64,000 nucleotides of DNA from an uncultured Acidobacteriota bacterium (GTDB lineage: Bacteria > Acidobacteriota > Thermoanaerobaculia > UBA5066): contig CAVZYA010000002.1 in NCBI GenBank assembly GCA_963779415.1, positions 384,001 through 448,000 on the forward strand, read 5' to 3'. The notes beneath the pieces were generated by a model, which did no database searches, had not been told where the DNA came from, and worked only from the letters and a program-made list of their open reading frames with translations. Below, one piece after another: positions 17,740 through 26,622 of the stretch; the first letter of the stretch is position 1; the number at the start of each line of letters is the position of its first letter. The translations under genes were made by a program, and so were the position numbers.

Positions 17740-20704
17740 AATCGGGGGGAGCGTCGTCCGTCCCCGCGAGAAGTCCGGCCGGGTTCGCTCCCCCCGTGCC
17801 CCCCTATTTCTTTCTTTCTTTGCCGTCGTCCTCGCGCTCCTTCTGGCCGCCCCGGCCCGGCCCGAAGGGCAGAACAAGATCGTCTACGACACCTTCGACT
17901 GGTCGATCTACAGCTCGACCCATTTCGACGTCTACTTCTACGCGCGGGAGAAGGGCTCGCTCCAGAAGGTCGTCTCGATGGCGGAGTCGGCCTACGACGA
18001 GCTCTCCCGCCGCCTGAACTACCAGATTCCCAAGCGTGTCCCGCTGATCTACTACGCGACCCACTCCGAGTTCGAGCAGAACAACGTCATCCTCGACTTC
18101 ATCCCGGAGGGAATCGGCGCCTTCGCCGAGCCGGCGCGCAACCGGATGGTCCTGCCGATCGACCTCCCGGACGAGCGGCTGCAGGCCCTGATCCAGCACG
18201 AGCTGACGCACGTCTTCCAGTTCCAGATCCTCTACGGCGGAAGCTACGCGCGCGCGATGACGTCGAATGCCCCGACCTGGCTCATGGAAGGGATGGCCTC
18301 CTACTTCGGGAACGACGAGGACGAAAAGGACAAGGTCTTCGTCCGCGACGCCGTCAACTCCGACCTGATCCCTCCGATCACGAAGGTCCAGATCGAGGGC
18401 TATCCCGCCTACCGCTTCGGCCACGCCTTCTGGGACTTCCTCGAGGCCGAGTGGGGGAAGGACGCGCCGCGCGACTTCGTCTACGAGTACCGCTCCTTCC
18501 TCGGCCGCGGGGTGGCGCAGACCCTCCGTCGCGCATTCGACGTCACCCCCGACGACTTCAACCTGAAGTTCCGCCGCTATCTCCGTCGGAAGTACCTCCC
18601 CCTTCTCGCGCAGAAGGGCGAAGCGTCCGAGTACGGCCAGAAGTTCACGTTGAAGGAATCCCGCTTCTCATACGAAGTCGGAACGGCGGCCGCGCCGTCG
18701 GGCGATTTCGTCGCGACGCTGACCACGATCGGGGACCAGGTCGACATCGTCCTTCTCTCCGTGAAGGACCGGAGCTACTACAAGAACCTCTCCTCGGGGC
18801 GGACCACGAAGTACGAGTACATCATCGGGCAGTACCTGACGACCGGCCCCGCTGCCGGCCGGGACCTCTCCTTCGGGCCGGACGGCGACCAGATCGCCGC
18901 CTTCGGCCGCTACGAGCGGGGACGCCAGCTTCTCCTCTTCTCGGTCCGGAAGGGGGGCCTCATCGCCCGGATCCCGGTTCCACCCGACCAGCCGCTCTCG
19001 CCCGCCTTCTCCCCCGACGGGAAGAGCATCGCCTTCGCGGGGACGCTGAACGACAAGCGGGACATCTACCTCCTCGACCTCTCTGCGAAGACGGTCCGGA
19101 ACATGACCGATGACGCCGCCTACGACGAGGCCCCGGTTTTCTCCCCTGACGGGAAGTTCCTCTACCACGTCAAGTGGGTCGGCGGTCTCGCGAAGATCGT
19201 CCGTTTCCCCGTCGACGATCCTTCGAAGATCGAGCAGGTCACGTGGGGGGACGGCAACGACGAGGATCCGGTCCTCTCCCCCGACGGCAACCGGCTCTAC
19301 TACACCTCCTCGCGTGGCGGGGGGATCTTCAACATCTACGGGCAGGACCTCGCGACGGGCGAGATCCTCCAGTACACCGACGTCATCGGCTCGGCCCTCG
19401 GCCCCTCCGTCTTCATCGGTCCGGACGGGCAGGAGAAGGTCGTCTTCGCCGGCTACCAGGCCCAGCGGTCGCAGCTCTACCTCGCCGACGCGAAGAAGCC
19501 GTTCCGGAAGCTGGACGAAAAGGCCCCCCTGGCCGCCGCGATCAAGCCCCCGGCCGCACCGGATTTCACCCCGGCCCTCGAGGTCTCCGTCGATCCGGAG
19601 AAGGTGACACGGCCGAAGAGGTTCAAGCTCTTCGTCTCGGACGTGGGCGGGTCCGCCGGCATCGGCTCGGACGGATACTTCTACTCCGACGTCCGCCTCG
19701 ACTTCTCCGACTACCTCGGCAACGACCGCGTCACGTTCATCTTCAGCTCGATTTACACCTACTCGAACTTCCTCCTCTCCTACTTCAACCTCCGGAACCG
19801 CCTCCAGTGGGGCGTCGCGGTCTACGACCAGCGGCAGTACTTCGTCACGCTCGATCCGACGACGGGCTACACGTCGAACCGCCAGCAGGTGACGCGGGAG
19901 ACCGGCGTGTCGGTGCAGGCCTGGTGGCCGTTCGACCGGTACACGCGCGTGGAGGGGGGTGTCGGCTTCATGTCCCGGCAGATCCCGGTCCTCGCGTACG
20001 GCGAGGTCACCGATAACATCGGCAACCCCGTCTCCTGCACGGATGCTAATGGGAATATCACGACCGACTGCCCCTACTACGCCCAGCGGACCGACAACGC
20101 CCCGACCGCCAGCCTGGGATTCTCCCGCGACGACGTCCAGTTCCAGTCTTACGGCCCGTGGCGGGGGACCGGCGTCGACCTCAACGTCCAGTACATGCCG
20201 GACCTGAAGGACGGAGGGACCCTCGCCCTGACGGAGATCGCGCAGATCCGGGAGTACATTCCGATCTCGCGTCGCGTTCTCTTCGCGATCCGGCTCTACG
20301 GTGCCTTCTCGAGCGGCAATCTCCCCTACTACTTCTCCCCGACCGGGTACGACCGGCTGCGCGCCTACGCGTACGGCGACCTCTACGGGAACAACGCCTT
20401 CGTCGGGAACATCGAGTTCCGCTTCCCGCTCGTGGACGCGCTCGTCCTTCCGTTCATGCAGTTCGGCGGCATCCGCGGGCGGCTCTACCTCGACGTGGGC
20501 GGGTCGTGGCTGAAGGGGCAGTCCTTCCAGTTCTGGAACTCGGACCTGAACCAGCTCCAGGATGCCCTCGCCGACTACGGCGTCGGCTTCTCGATCTTCC
20601 TGCTCGGCATCCCGTTCAACTTCGACTGGGTTCAGCCCTGGAACTTCCGCACCAAGACCGCCCCCACGCAAATGATCTTCTCGATCGGATTCCCCTCCTT
20701 CTGA
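17726..20704 (+). CDS. Metallopeptidase + PD40 beta-propeller + Omp85 (BamA/TamA-type) barrel outer-membrane protein
   Basis: Signal peptide; HELTH and WLMEGMA (gluzincin); three or more SPDG PD40 repeats; barrel motifs LRAY, NIEFRFP, YLDVG; C-terminal Phe. Confidence 0.8.
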   Translation: MYSTEIGGSVVRPREKSGRVRSPRAPLFLSFFAVVLALLLAAPARPEGQNKIVYDTFDWSIYSSTHFDVYFYAREKGSLQKVVSMAESAYDELSRRLNYQIPKRVPLIYYATHSEFEQNNVILDFIPEGIGAFAEPARNRMVLPIDLPDERLQALIQHELTHVFQFQILYGGSYARAMTSNAPTWLMEGMASYFGNDEDEKDKVFVRDAVNSDLIPPITKVQIEGYPAYRFGHAFWDFLEAEWGKDAPRDFVYEYRSFLGRGVAQTLRRAFDVTPDDFNLKFRRYLRRKYLPLLAQKGEASEYGQKFTLKESRFSYEVGTAAAPSGDFVATLTTIGDQVDIVLLSVKDRSYYKNLSSGRTTKYEYIIGQYLTTGPAAGRDLSFGPDGDQIAAFGRYERGRQLLLFSVRKGGLIARIPVPPDQPLSPAFSPDGKSIAFAGTLNDKRDIYLLDLSAKTVRNMTDDAAYDEAPVFSPDGKFLYHVKWVGGLAKIVRFPVDDPSKIEQVTWGDGNDEDPVLSPDGNRLYYTSSRGGGIFNIYGQDLATGEILQYTDVIGSALGPSVFIGPDGQEKVVFAGYQAQRSQLYLADAKKPFRKLDEKAPLAAAIKPPAAPDFTPALEVSVDPEKVTRPKRFKLFVSDVGGSAGIGSDGYFYSDVRLDFSDYLGNDRVTFIFSSIYTYSNFLLSYFNLRNRLQWGVAVYDQRQYFVTLDPTTGYTSNRQQVTRETGVSVQAWWPFDRYTRVEGGVGFMSRQIPVLAYGEVTDNIGNPVSCTDANGNITTDCPYYAQRTDNAPTASLGFSRDDVQFQSYGPWRGTGVDLNVQYMPDLKDGGTLALTEIAQIREYIPISRRVLFAIRLYGAFSSGNLPYYFSPTGYDRLRAYAYGDLYGNNAFVGNIEFRFPLVDALVLPFMQFGGIRGRLYLDVGGSWLKGQSFQFWNSDLNQLQDALADYGVGFSIFLLGIPFNFDWVQPWNFRTKTAPTQMIFSIGFPSF

Positions 20705-20777
20705 CACCTCGCCGGGTGACGGCCGTCACGCGGGAGTCGGCCGGAGGCGGCGAGCCGGGGCCATAATCCCCTCCGCC

Positions 20778-21539
20778 GTGCGCATCCGCGTCCTCGGCGC
20801 CCACGGGGGCGCCTCGCCCCGTCACCGGCAGACCTCCTTCCTTCTGGATGACGACGTCTGTCTCGACGCGGGAGCGGTCGCCGAGGCTCTGTCGCTCGCC
20901 CGACAGGCCCGCATCCGGGCCGTCCTTCTGACGCATGCGCACCTCGACCACGTCGCCTCCCTCCCCTTTCTTCTCGACAACGTCCTCGGACGGCGGGAAG
21001 GCCCCGTCGAGGTGGCCGCTCCGGCCGAGGTGATCGCCTCGCTCCGCCGTCATCTCTTCAACGACGAGCTCTGGCCCGATTTCTCGCGGCTTCCCGGCAG
21101 CCATGGGCCCGCCGTCGCGTTCCGGACGCTCGCGTGGGAGACGCCCGCGCGGGTGGCCGGCCTGACCGTGACCGCCGTCCCCGTCACCCACGTCGTCCCC
21201 GCGTGCGGCTATCTGGTCTCCGACGGGACCGGGACAGTCGTCTTCTCGGGCGACACCGGTCCGACCGAGCGGCTCTGGGAGGCGGCGCGCGCGGCGACGG
21301 ACGTCCGCGCCGTCTTCGTGGAGTGCTCCTTCCCCGACGAGAAACGTGAAGTCGCCCGCCTCTCGCGCCATCTCACACCGGAGACCGTCAAGAGCGAACT
21401 CGCGAAGATGCCCCCCGATCTCCCGGTCTTCCTCTACCACATGAAGCCGCCCGGGCTCGAGGCGATCGCCGTGGAGGTCGCGGGCCTCGGCGAACCACGC
21501 CTCCGTCTTCTCTCGGACGGAGAGGAGATCGTCCTCTAG
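20778..21539 (+). CDS. MBL-fold 3',5'-cyclic nucleotide phosphodiesterase (class II-like)
   Basis: VLGAHGG, LDAG, THAHLDH, HLFNDELWPDF, SGDTGPT, ECSFP, YHMKP. Confidence 0.82.
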   Translation: MRIRVLGAHGGASPRHRQTSFLLDDDVCLDAGAVAEALSLARQARIRAVLLTHAHLDHVASLPFLLDNVLGRREGPVEVAAPAEVIASLRRHLFNDELWPDFSRLPGSHGPAVAFRTLAWETPARVAGLTVTAVPVTHVVPACGYLVSDGTGTVVFSGDTGPTERLWEAARAATDVRAVFVECSFPDEKREVARLSRHLTPETVKSELAKMPPDLPVFLYHMKPPGLEAIAVEVAGLGEPRLRLLSDGEEIVL

Positions 21540-21561
21540 GAAGCGCCCGGCCCGGGACACC

Positions 21562-22452
21562 TCACTTCGTGTCGAGGATAAGCGGGAGGCCGTCCTTTCC
21601 CGACCCGATGATCACGACTTTGGTGTTCGGTGCCTGTGCGATCTTCTCGGTCGCCTCGATCCCCTTCCACCGGAGGAGCTGGTCGCTGATCCCCTTCGTG
21701 ACGATGGCCTGGAAGTCGGCGATTCCCTGCGCCTCGATCCGCTTCCGCTCGGCCTCCTGCCGCTCCTTCGTCAGGACGAACTGCATCCGCTGGCTCTCCT
21801 GCTCGGAGCGGAGCTTCTCCTCGATCGACGCCGTCAGGCCGGCGGGGAGGCCGACCTTCCGGAGCGGGGTCGACTCGACCGAGATGCCACGCGGCTCCAC
21901 GATCGCCTGCAGGTCCTTCAGGATCGTCTGGGCGAGCTGCTCGCGCTCGGAGGTGTAGAGCGCCCTCGCGTCGTACGAAGCCGTGACGCCCCGCGCGACC
22001 GACCGGAACTGCGGGACGAGGACGATGTGCATGTACTCCGGCCCGATCGTCTTGTAGACCTCGGCCGCCTTCTCCGGATTCAGGTGAAAGAGGGCCGAGA
22101 GCTCGAGCTGGACCGTCAGCCCCTCCTTCGACGGGACGTCCATGACCTCCTTGAGCTCCTGCGTCTTGACGGAGAACTTGACGACCCGCGCGAGCGGGTT
22201 CACGAGGTTGATCCCGGCCTTGAGCGTCGCCGGCGAGACCGTTCCGAAGAAGTCGACGACGCCGACGTTCCCGGCGGGAATGACGGTGACCGCCTCGAAG
22301 AACGCGACGGCGGCGAAGACGACCGCGGCGAGGAGCGCGAAGGCCGAGACCGGTCGGGCGGGAGATCCCGGCTCGGTGCGCACGCGGCGCCGGAGAGCCG
22401 AGAGGACGAGGAGGGCGAGGATGGTCCCGGCCACACCGAGAACGAAGAGCAT
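21562..22452 (-). CDS. SPFH/prohibitin family membrane protein
   Basis: Two N-terminal TM helices; IPAGNVGV, SKEGL, EAERKRIEAQG; GAGGAGG RBS. Confidence 0.9.
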   Translation of the reverse strand: MLFVLGVAGTILALLVLSALRRRVRTEPGSPARPVSAFALLAAVVFAAVAFFEAVTVIPAGNVGVVDFFGTVSPATLKAGINLVNPLARVVKFSVKTQELKEVMDVPSKEGLTVQLELSALFHLNPEKAAEVYKTIGPEYMHIVLVPQFRSVARGVTASYDARALYTSEREQLAQTILKDLQAIVEPRGISVESTPLRKVGLPAGLTASIEEKLRSEQESQRMQFVLTKERQEAERKRIEAQGIADFQAIVTKGISDQLLRWKGIEATEKIAQAPNTKVVIIGSGKDGLPLILDTK

Positions 22453-22549
22453 GGAAGCCTCCTCGCTCCATCCTATGCGGTCGCCTTTCCGCACGAAAGG
22501 AAGAGGACGCGAACCCCTCCGCGGTCCTCGATCCGGAGCCTCTCGCTCA

Positions 22550-23140
22550 TCAAGGCTCCTTCGCCGCCCGAAGCGGCGCGAGGAAGAGATTGATCACGCG
22601 GCCGTCGTCGCCGAGCTCGGGATGAAACGTCGCGGCGAGGAGATTCCCCTCGCGGACGAGGACGGGATCGCCGTCGCGGCGCGCGAGGACGGCAACTCCG
22701 GGGCCGACCGCGGCAAATTTCGGGGCCCGAATGAAGACCGCCTCGAGTGGCCCCTCGCCGAACGTGCTTTGGTCGAGGTCATGGAGAGAGACGACGGCCG
22801 AGTCGAGCTGCCGGCCGTACGCGTTCCGGACGATCGTCGCGTCGAGGAGGCCGAGCCCGGAACCCCGCGGGTGAAGGATCGTCTTCGAGAGGAGAATCGC
22901 CCCTGCGCAGGTGCCGAAGACGGGGTCCCCGCGCCGCGCCACCGCCACGATGGCCTCGGCGATTCCGGACCCCTCCATCAGCTTCTGGAAGGTCGTCGAC
23001 TCTCCTCCCGGGATCACGAGGGCCGAGGCGCGAAGGACGTCCGCTGCCGTCCGCGCCTCGTGCCATGGCACGCCGACACGTGCGAGGGCCGCGCCGTGGG
23101 CCTCGAAGTCGCCCTGGAGGGCGAGGACCGCGACCGACAT
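22550..23140 (-). CDS. pdxT: PLP synthase glutaminase subunit
   Basis: VLALQGDF, PGGEST, GTCAG, RNAYGRQ, FIRAP, FHPE. Confidence 0.95.
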   Translation of the reverse strand: MSVAVLALQGDFEAHGAALARVGVPWHEARTAADVLRASALVIPGGESTTFQKLMEGSGIAEAIVAVARRGDPVFGTCAGAILLSKTILHPRGSGLGLLDATIVRNAYGRQLDSAVVSLHDLDQSTFGEGPLEAVFIRAPKFAAVGPGVAVLARRDGDPVLVREGNLLAATFHPELGDDGRVINLFLAPLRAAKEP

Positions 23141-23141
23141 C

Positions 23142-24053
23142 TCACCAGCCGCGAGTCTGGAGCAGATCCGATTCCGCGAGCTTCGCCGCCTCGATCCCCC
23201 TCATCCCTTCGCCGAGCGCTTCCGAAGCCTTCGCCACGCGGTCCCAGTCCGTGAAGTGCGTCGTCGCCTCGACAATCGCGCGCGCCCTCCTGGCCGGATC
23301 GTCGGACTTGAAGATCCCCGAGCCGACGAAGACGGCCTCTGCACCGAGCATCCGGCAGAGGGCGGCGTCCGCCGGCGTCGCGATGCCGCCCGCCGCGAAG
23401 TTCGGCACCGGGAGCCGGCCATGTTCGGCGACGTAGACGACGAGCTCGAACGGGGCCTGGAGGTTCTTCGCCGCCGTCATCCACTCGTCCTTCGAGAGAA
23501 GAGTCAACGCCTTCATCTGCCGTGTCACCTCGCGCAGGTGCTTCACGGCGTGGACGATGTCCCCCGTCCCGGCCTCCCCCTTCGTCCGGATCATGGCGGC
23601 CCCCTCGCCGATCCGCCGGAGCGCCTCGCCGAGGTTCCGGCAGCCGCAGACGAACGGGACCTTGAAATCGTGCTTGTAGACGTGGTTCTCCTCGTCGGCC
23701 GGCGTCAGGACCTCCGACTCGTCGATGAAATCGACCTCGAGTGCCTCGAGGATGCGGGCCTCGGCGAGGTGCCCGATCCGGCACTTCGCCATGACCGGGA
23801 TGGAAACGGCCTTCTCGATCTCGCGGATCTTCGAGACGGGGGACATCCGCGCCACGCCCCCGTCGCGCCGGATGTCGGCCGGGACCCGCTCGAGAGCCAT
23901 GACGGCCACGGCTCCCGCGTCCTCGGCGACCTTCGCCTGCTCGGCGTTGACGACGTCCATGATGACTCCCCCCTTGAGCATCTCGGCGAGACCGACCTTC
24001 AGGCGGAAGGCGTCGGAGACGAAAGGGGTCCGGATCTCGAAACTGCTGGCCAT
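23142..24053 (-). CDS. pdxS: PLP synthase lyase subunit
   Basis: [55 protein letters not shown]. Confidence 0.97.
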   Translation of the reverse strand: MASSFEIRTPFVSDAFRLKVGLAEMLKGGVIMDVVNAEQAKVAEDAGAVAVMALERVPADIRRDGGVARMSPVSKIREIEKAVSIPVMAKCRIGHLAEARILEALEVDFIDESEVLTPADEENHVYKHDFKVPFVCGCRNLGEALRRIGEGAAMIRTKGEAGTGDIVHAVKHLREVTRQMKALTLLSKDEWMTAAKNLQAPFELVVYVAEHGRLPVPNFAAGGIATPADAALCRMLGAEAVFVGSGIFKSDDPARRARAIVEATTHFTDWDRVAKASEALGEGMRGIEAAKLAESDLLQTRGW

Positions 24054-24081
24054 GGCCGTTCTCTCCTTGATCCTGCTCTTT

Positions 24082-25575
24082 TCAGACGCCGATGAGCGCC
24101 GCTTCTTCGTCGATGCGCTGTCCGGCGGCCTTCCGGCGCGTGGCCTGCCGGGCGAGGGCCCGCGCCGCGGCCCCGACGGCCGAGAGGCCCCGTGCGAGGT
24201 CGGCGGGTTCCTCGCGGGCCACGGTGACACGGACTGCCGGAACGTCCGCGAGGTCGGGGTGAAAATCGGAGCCGGCCGAGACGAGGACTCCCCTGTCGCG
24301 CGCGGCCTCGGCGAGCGCGCGCCCGGAGACTCCGGCCGGCAATTCGATCCAGAGGACCCAGCCTCCGGAGGGGCGCGCACAGCGCGTGCCGGCGGGGAAC
24401 CGTTCCCGGATGACGCGGTGGGCGAGAGCGAGCCGCCCCTTCAGACGCGCGCGCGTCCGGGCGAGGTGCCGGTCGTAGTCTCCGCGCGCGAGGAAGAGGT
24501 TGAGCGCCGCCTGGAGGACGAGAGGCGACGTCAGCTCGCCGACCCGCTTGAGCGCGGCGAGCCGGTGGACGAACTCCCTCGGGCCCGAGATCCACCCGAC
24601 GCGCACCCCCGGGAAGAGCGCCTTCGAGAGCGTCCCGAGGTGGACGACGTGCTCCGGCGCGAGCGCGGCGAGCGGGGGCGGCAGCTCCCCCTCGACACGG
24701 AGATCGGCGTCGAAGGCGTCCTCCACGACGAGGACCCCCGCCGCCGCAATCCGTCCGGCGACATCCGCGCGGCGAGCGGGAGAGGCGAGAAGCCCCGTCG
24801 GATTGTGGAAATCGGGAATCGTGTAGAAGAATTTCGGCCGCTCGGCGAGGGCGCGGGAGAGCGCTTCCGGCTCGGGTCCTTCGGCATCGAGCGGGACTCC
24901 GAGAAGCCGCGCCCGGTGCACCCGGAGGAGCGTCAGAGCGAGCGCGTAGCTCGGCACCTCGACGGCGACCGGATCGCCCGGGTCGACGAGGGCACGCGTG
25001 ATCAGGTCGAGCCCCTGCTGGGCGCCGTTCACGATCAGGAGTCCCTCCGGATCCGCCGGGATCCCCCGCCGCCGGAGACGCTCGGCGAGCGTCTCGCGGA
25101 GCGGGCGATAGCCGAACGGGGAGCCGTACGCGAGGAGGGCACCGTCGCGCGCGACCTCGGCGAGGAGCTTCGCGAAGGCGTCCGCCGGGAAGTCCTTCTC
25201 GTCCGGGGCGAGGCGGGAGAGATCGAGGGCGCCCTCCGGAGCCGCGTCCGCCGCCGGCCGCTCGGCGAGGACGCGCGCAAGGAGCGACGAGGCGAGCCGG
25301 TCCCACGCGGGAGCCGGCTCCGGACGGGGTGCGGCCACCGAGCGAGGCACGATGCGCGTCCCGCCCCCGTGGTTCGTCTCGATCCATCCTTCGCTCTTGA
25401 GGAGCTGCAGGGCCTGATGGACCGTCGCCCGGTTCACCTCGAACGAACGGGCGAGATCCCGCGAGGCCGGAAGACGTTCCCCTTCCACGTACCGGCTTTT
25501 CCGGATGTCGCGGATCAGGTTGTCCGCGATGGTTCGGTAGAGCGGGACCCGCGGAGAGGGGGCGGAGGCATCCAT
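24082..25575 (-). CDS. pdxR: MocR/GabR family regulator (GntR HTH + PLP aminotransferase-like domain), PdxR-like
   Basis: [36 protein letters not shown]; immediately upstream of pdxST. Confidence 0.8.
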   Translation of the reverse strand: MDASAPSPRVPLYRTIADNLIRDIRKSRYVEGERLPASRDLARSFEVNRATVHQALQLLKSEGWIETNHGGGTRIVPRSVAAPRPEPAPAWDRLASSLLARVLAERPAADAAPEGALDLSRLAPDEKDFPADAFAKLLAEVARDGALLAYGSPFGYRPLRETLAERLRRRGIPADPEGLLIVNGAQQGLDLITRALVDPGDPVAVEVPSYALALTLLRVHRARLLGVPLDAEGPEPEALSRALAERPKFFYTIPDFHNPTGLLASPARRADVAGRIAAAGVLVVEDAFDADLRVEGELPPPLAALAPEHVVHLGTLSKALFPGVRVGWISGPREFVHRLAALKRVGELTSPLVLQAALNLFLARGDYDRHLARTRARLKGRLALAHRVIRERFPAGTRCARPSGGWVLWIELPAGVSGRALAEAARDRGVLVSAGSDFHPDLADVPAVRVTVAREEPADLARGLSAVGAAARALARQATRRKAAGQRIDEEAALIGV

Positions 25576-25591
25576 CGGTTCAAAGTTAGCC

Positions 25592-25607
25592 TTTGGCCTA
25601 GACCAAA
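25592..25607. promoter_or_regulatory. Palindromic operator candidate upstream of pdxR
   Basis: TTTGGCCTAGACCAAA (7 of 8 pairs), just upstream of a -10-like TAACTT (25583-25588, minus strand). Confidence 0.5.
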
Positions 25608-25663
25608 ATCAACCCGGTACGGAATCGGGGCCAACCAAGCCCGGAACGGGACCGGCCGGGCGC

Positions 25664-25948
25664 TCAGCCGCCGCGCGCCGCGAGGGCGGCGTAGGCGCGC
25701 TCCATCTCCTCGGCGAAAAACAGGTCCCACTCGCGCGACCCCTCGACGGGCTTCCGGGGCTTCGCAAGGAGCTTCGCGCGAACCTCCACCTCGAGCCGCG
25801 CGCTTTCGCGGTCCCACTCGAGGAGCGCCTTCAGGAGATGGTTTCGGACGAATTCCGTCTCGTGGGTCAGCTCGACCCCCGACATCCCGTGGAGGCGCTC
25901 CACCATCCGGTGGGAGAGATCCACCGCGCGCTCGCGCGACCGAGGCAT
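25664..25948 (-). CDS. DUF507 family protein
   Basis: 94 aa; EVRAKL..RKPVEGSREWDLFFAEEM pattern; ATG overlaps the upstream TGA. Confidence 0.75.
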   Translation of the reverse strand: MPRSRERAVDLSHRMVERLHGMSGVELTHETEFVRNHLLKALLEWDRESARLEVEVRAKLLAKPRKPVEGSREWDLFFAEEMERAYAALAARGG

Positions 25949-26601
25949 CAGTGGATCCTCCGTGGGCCGTCGGCCAGGGGGGTCCGGAGGCTCGCGACCC
26001 CTTTCTGCGTCAGCGGGTGGTCGAAGAGCTTGTCGAGAACGGCGAACGGCAGGATGGCGACGTCGGCCCCCATCATGGCGGCGTCGAGGACATGGAGCGG
26101 GCTCTGGACCCCCTGAACGGCGATCTGGGTCTGGAGACCGTAGTTGTCGTAGACGCGGACGATCCCCTCGACGACGTCCATCCCGATCTGTCCCGCGTCG
26201 TCCAGCTCCCCGATCGCCGGGGAGACGTAGGCGCTTCCGGCACGCGCCGCGAGGAGGGCCTGCGCCGCGGTGAAGACGAGCCCCACGTCGGTCGCGATCT
26301 GGTCGTCGTTCAGGAGGCGGACGACGCGGAGCCCCTCGCGAGTCATCGGCACGCGGATGACGATCGCCTTGCCGAGCTTGTGTACCTCGCGGGCTTCCTT
26401 GTACATCGCCTTGGCGTCCCCGGCCGCGATCGTGGCGATGACCGGACCGTCCCCGACGGCCGCGACGTCGGCGAGGAGACGGCGGTACTCCTTCCCGGCG
26501 GCGAGCGCCGCGTCCGGCCGGACGAGCGCCCCGTCGAGAAGCCCCCATTCGCGGACGCGGCGGGCCTCGTCGGGGTCGCCGGTGTCGAGAAAGAATCGCA
26601 T
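25948..26601 (-). CDS. Transaldolase/fructose-6-P aldolase family homolog lacking catalytic residues
   Basis: FFLDT, VF.AAQALLAA.AG..YVSP and KLFDHPLT match TalC/FSA. The Schiff-base Lys position is Arg83 and TTNP is replaced by LVRP. Confidence 0.85.
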   Translation of the reverse strand: MRFFLDTGDPDEARRVREWGLLDGALVRPDAALAAGKEYRRLLADVAAVGDGPVIATIAAGDAKAMYKEAREVHKLGKAIVIRVPMTREGLRVVRLLNDDQIATDVGLVFTAAQALLAARAGSAYVSPAIGELDDAGQIGMDVVEGIVRVYDNYGLQTQIAVQGVQSPLHVLDAAMMGADVAILPFAVLDKLFDHPLTQKGVASLRTPLADGPRRIH

Positions 26602-26622
26602 CGTCCCTCCGGAGGGCGAACT

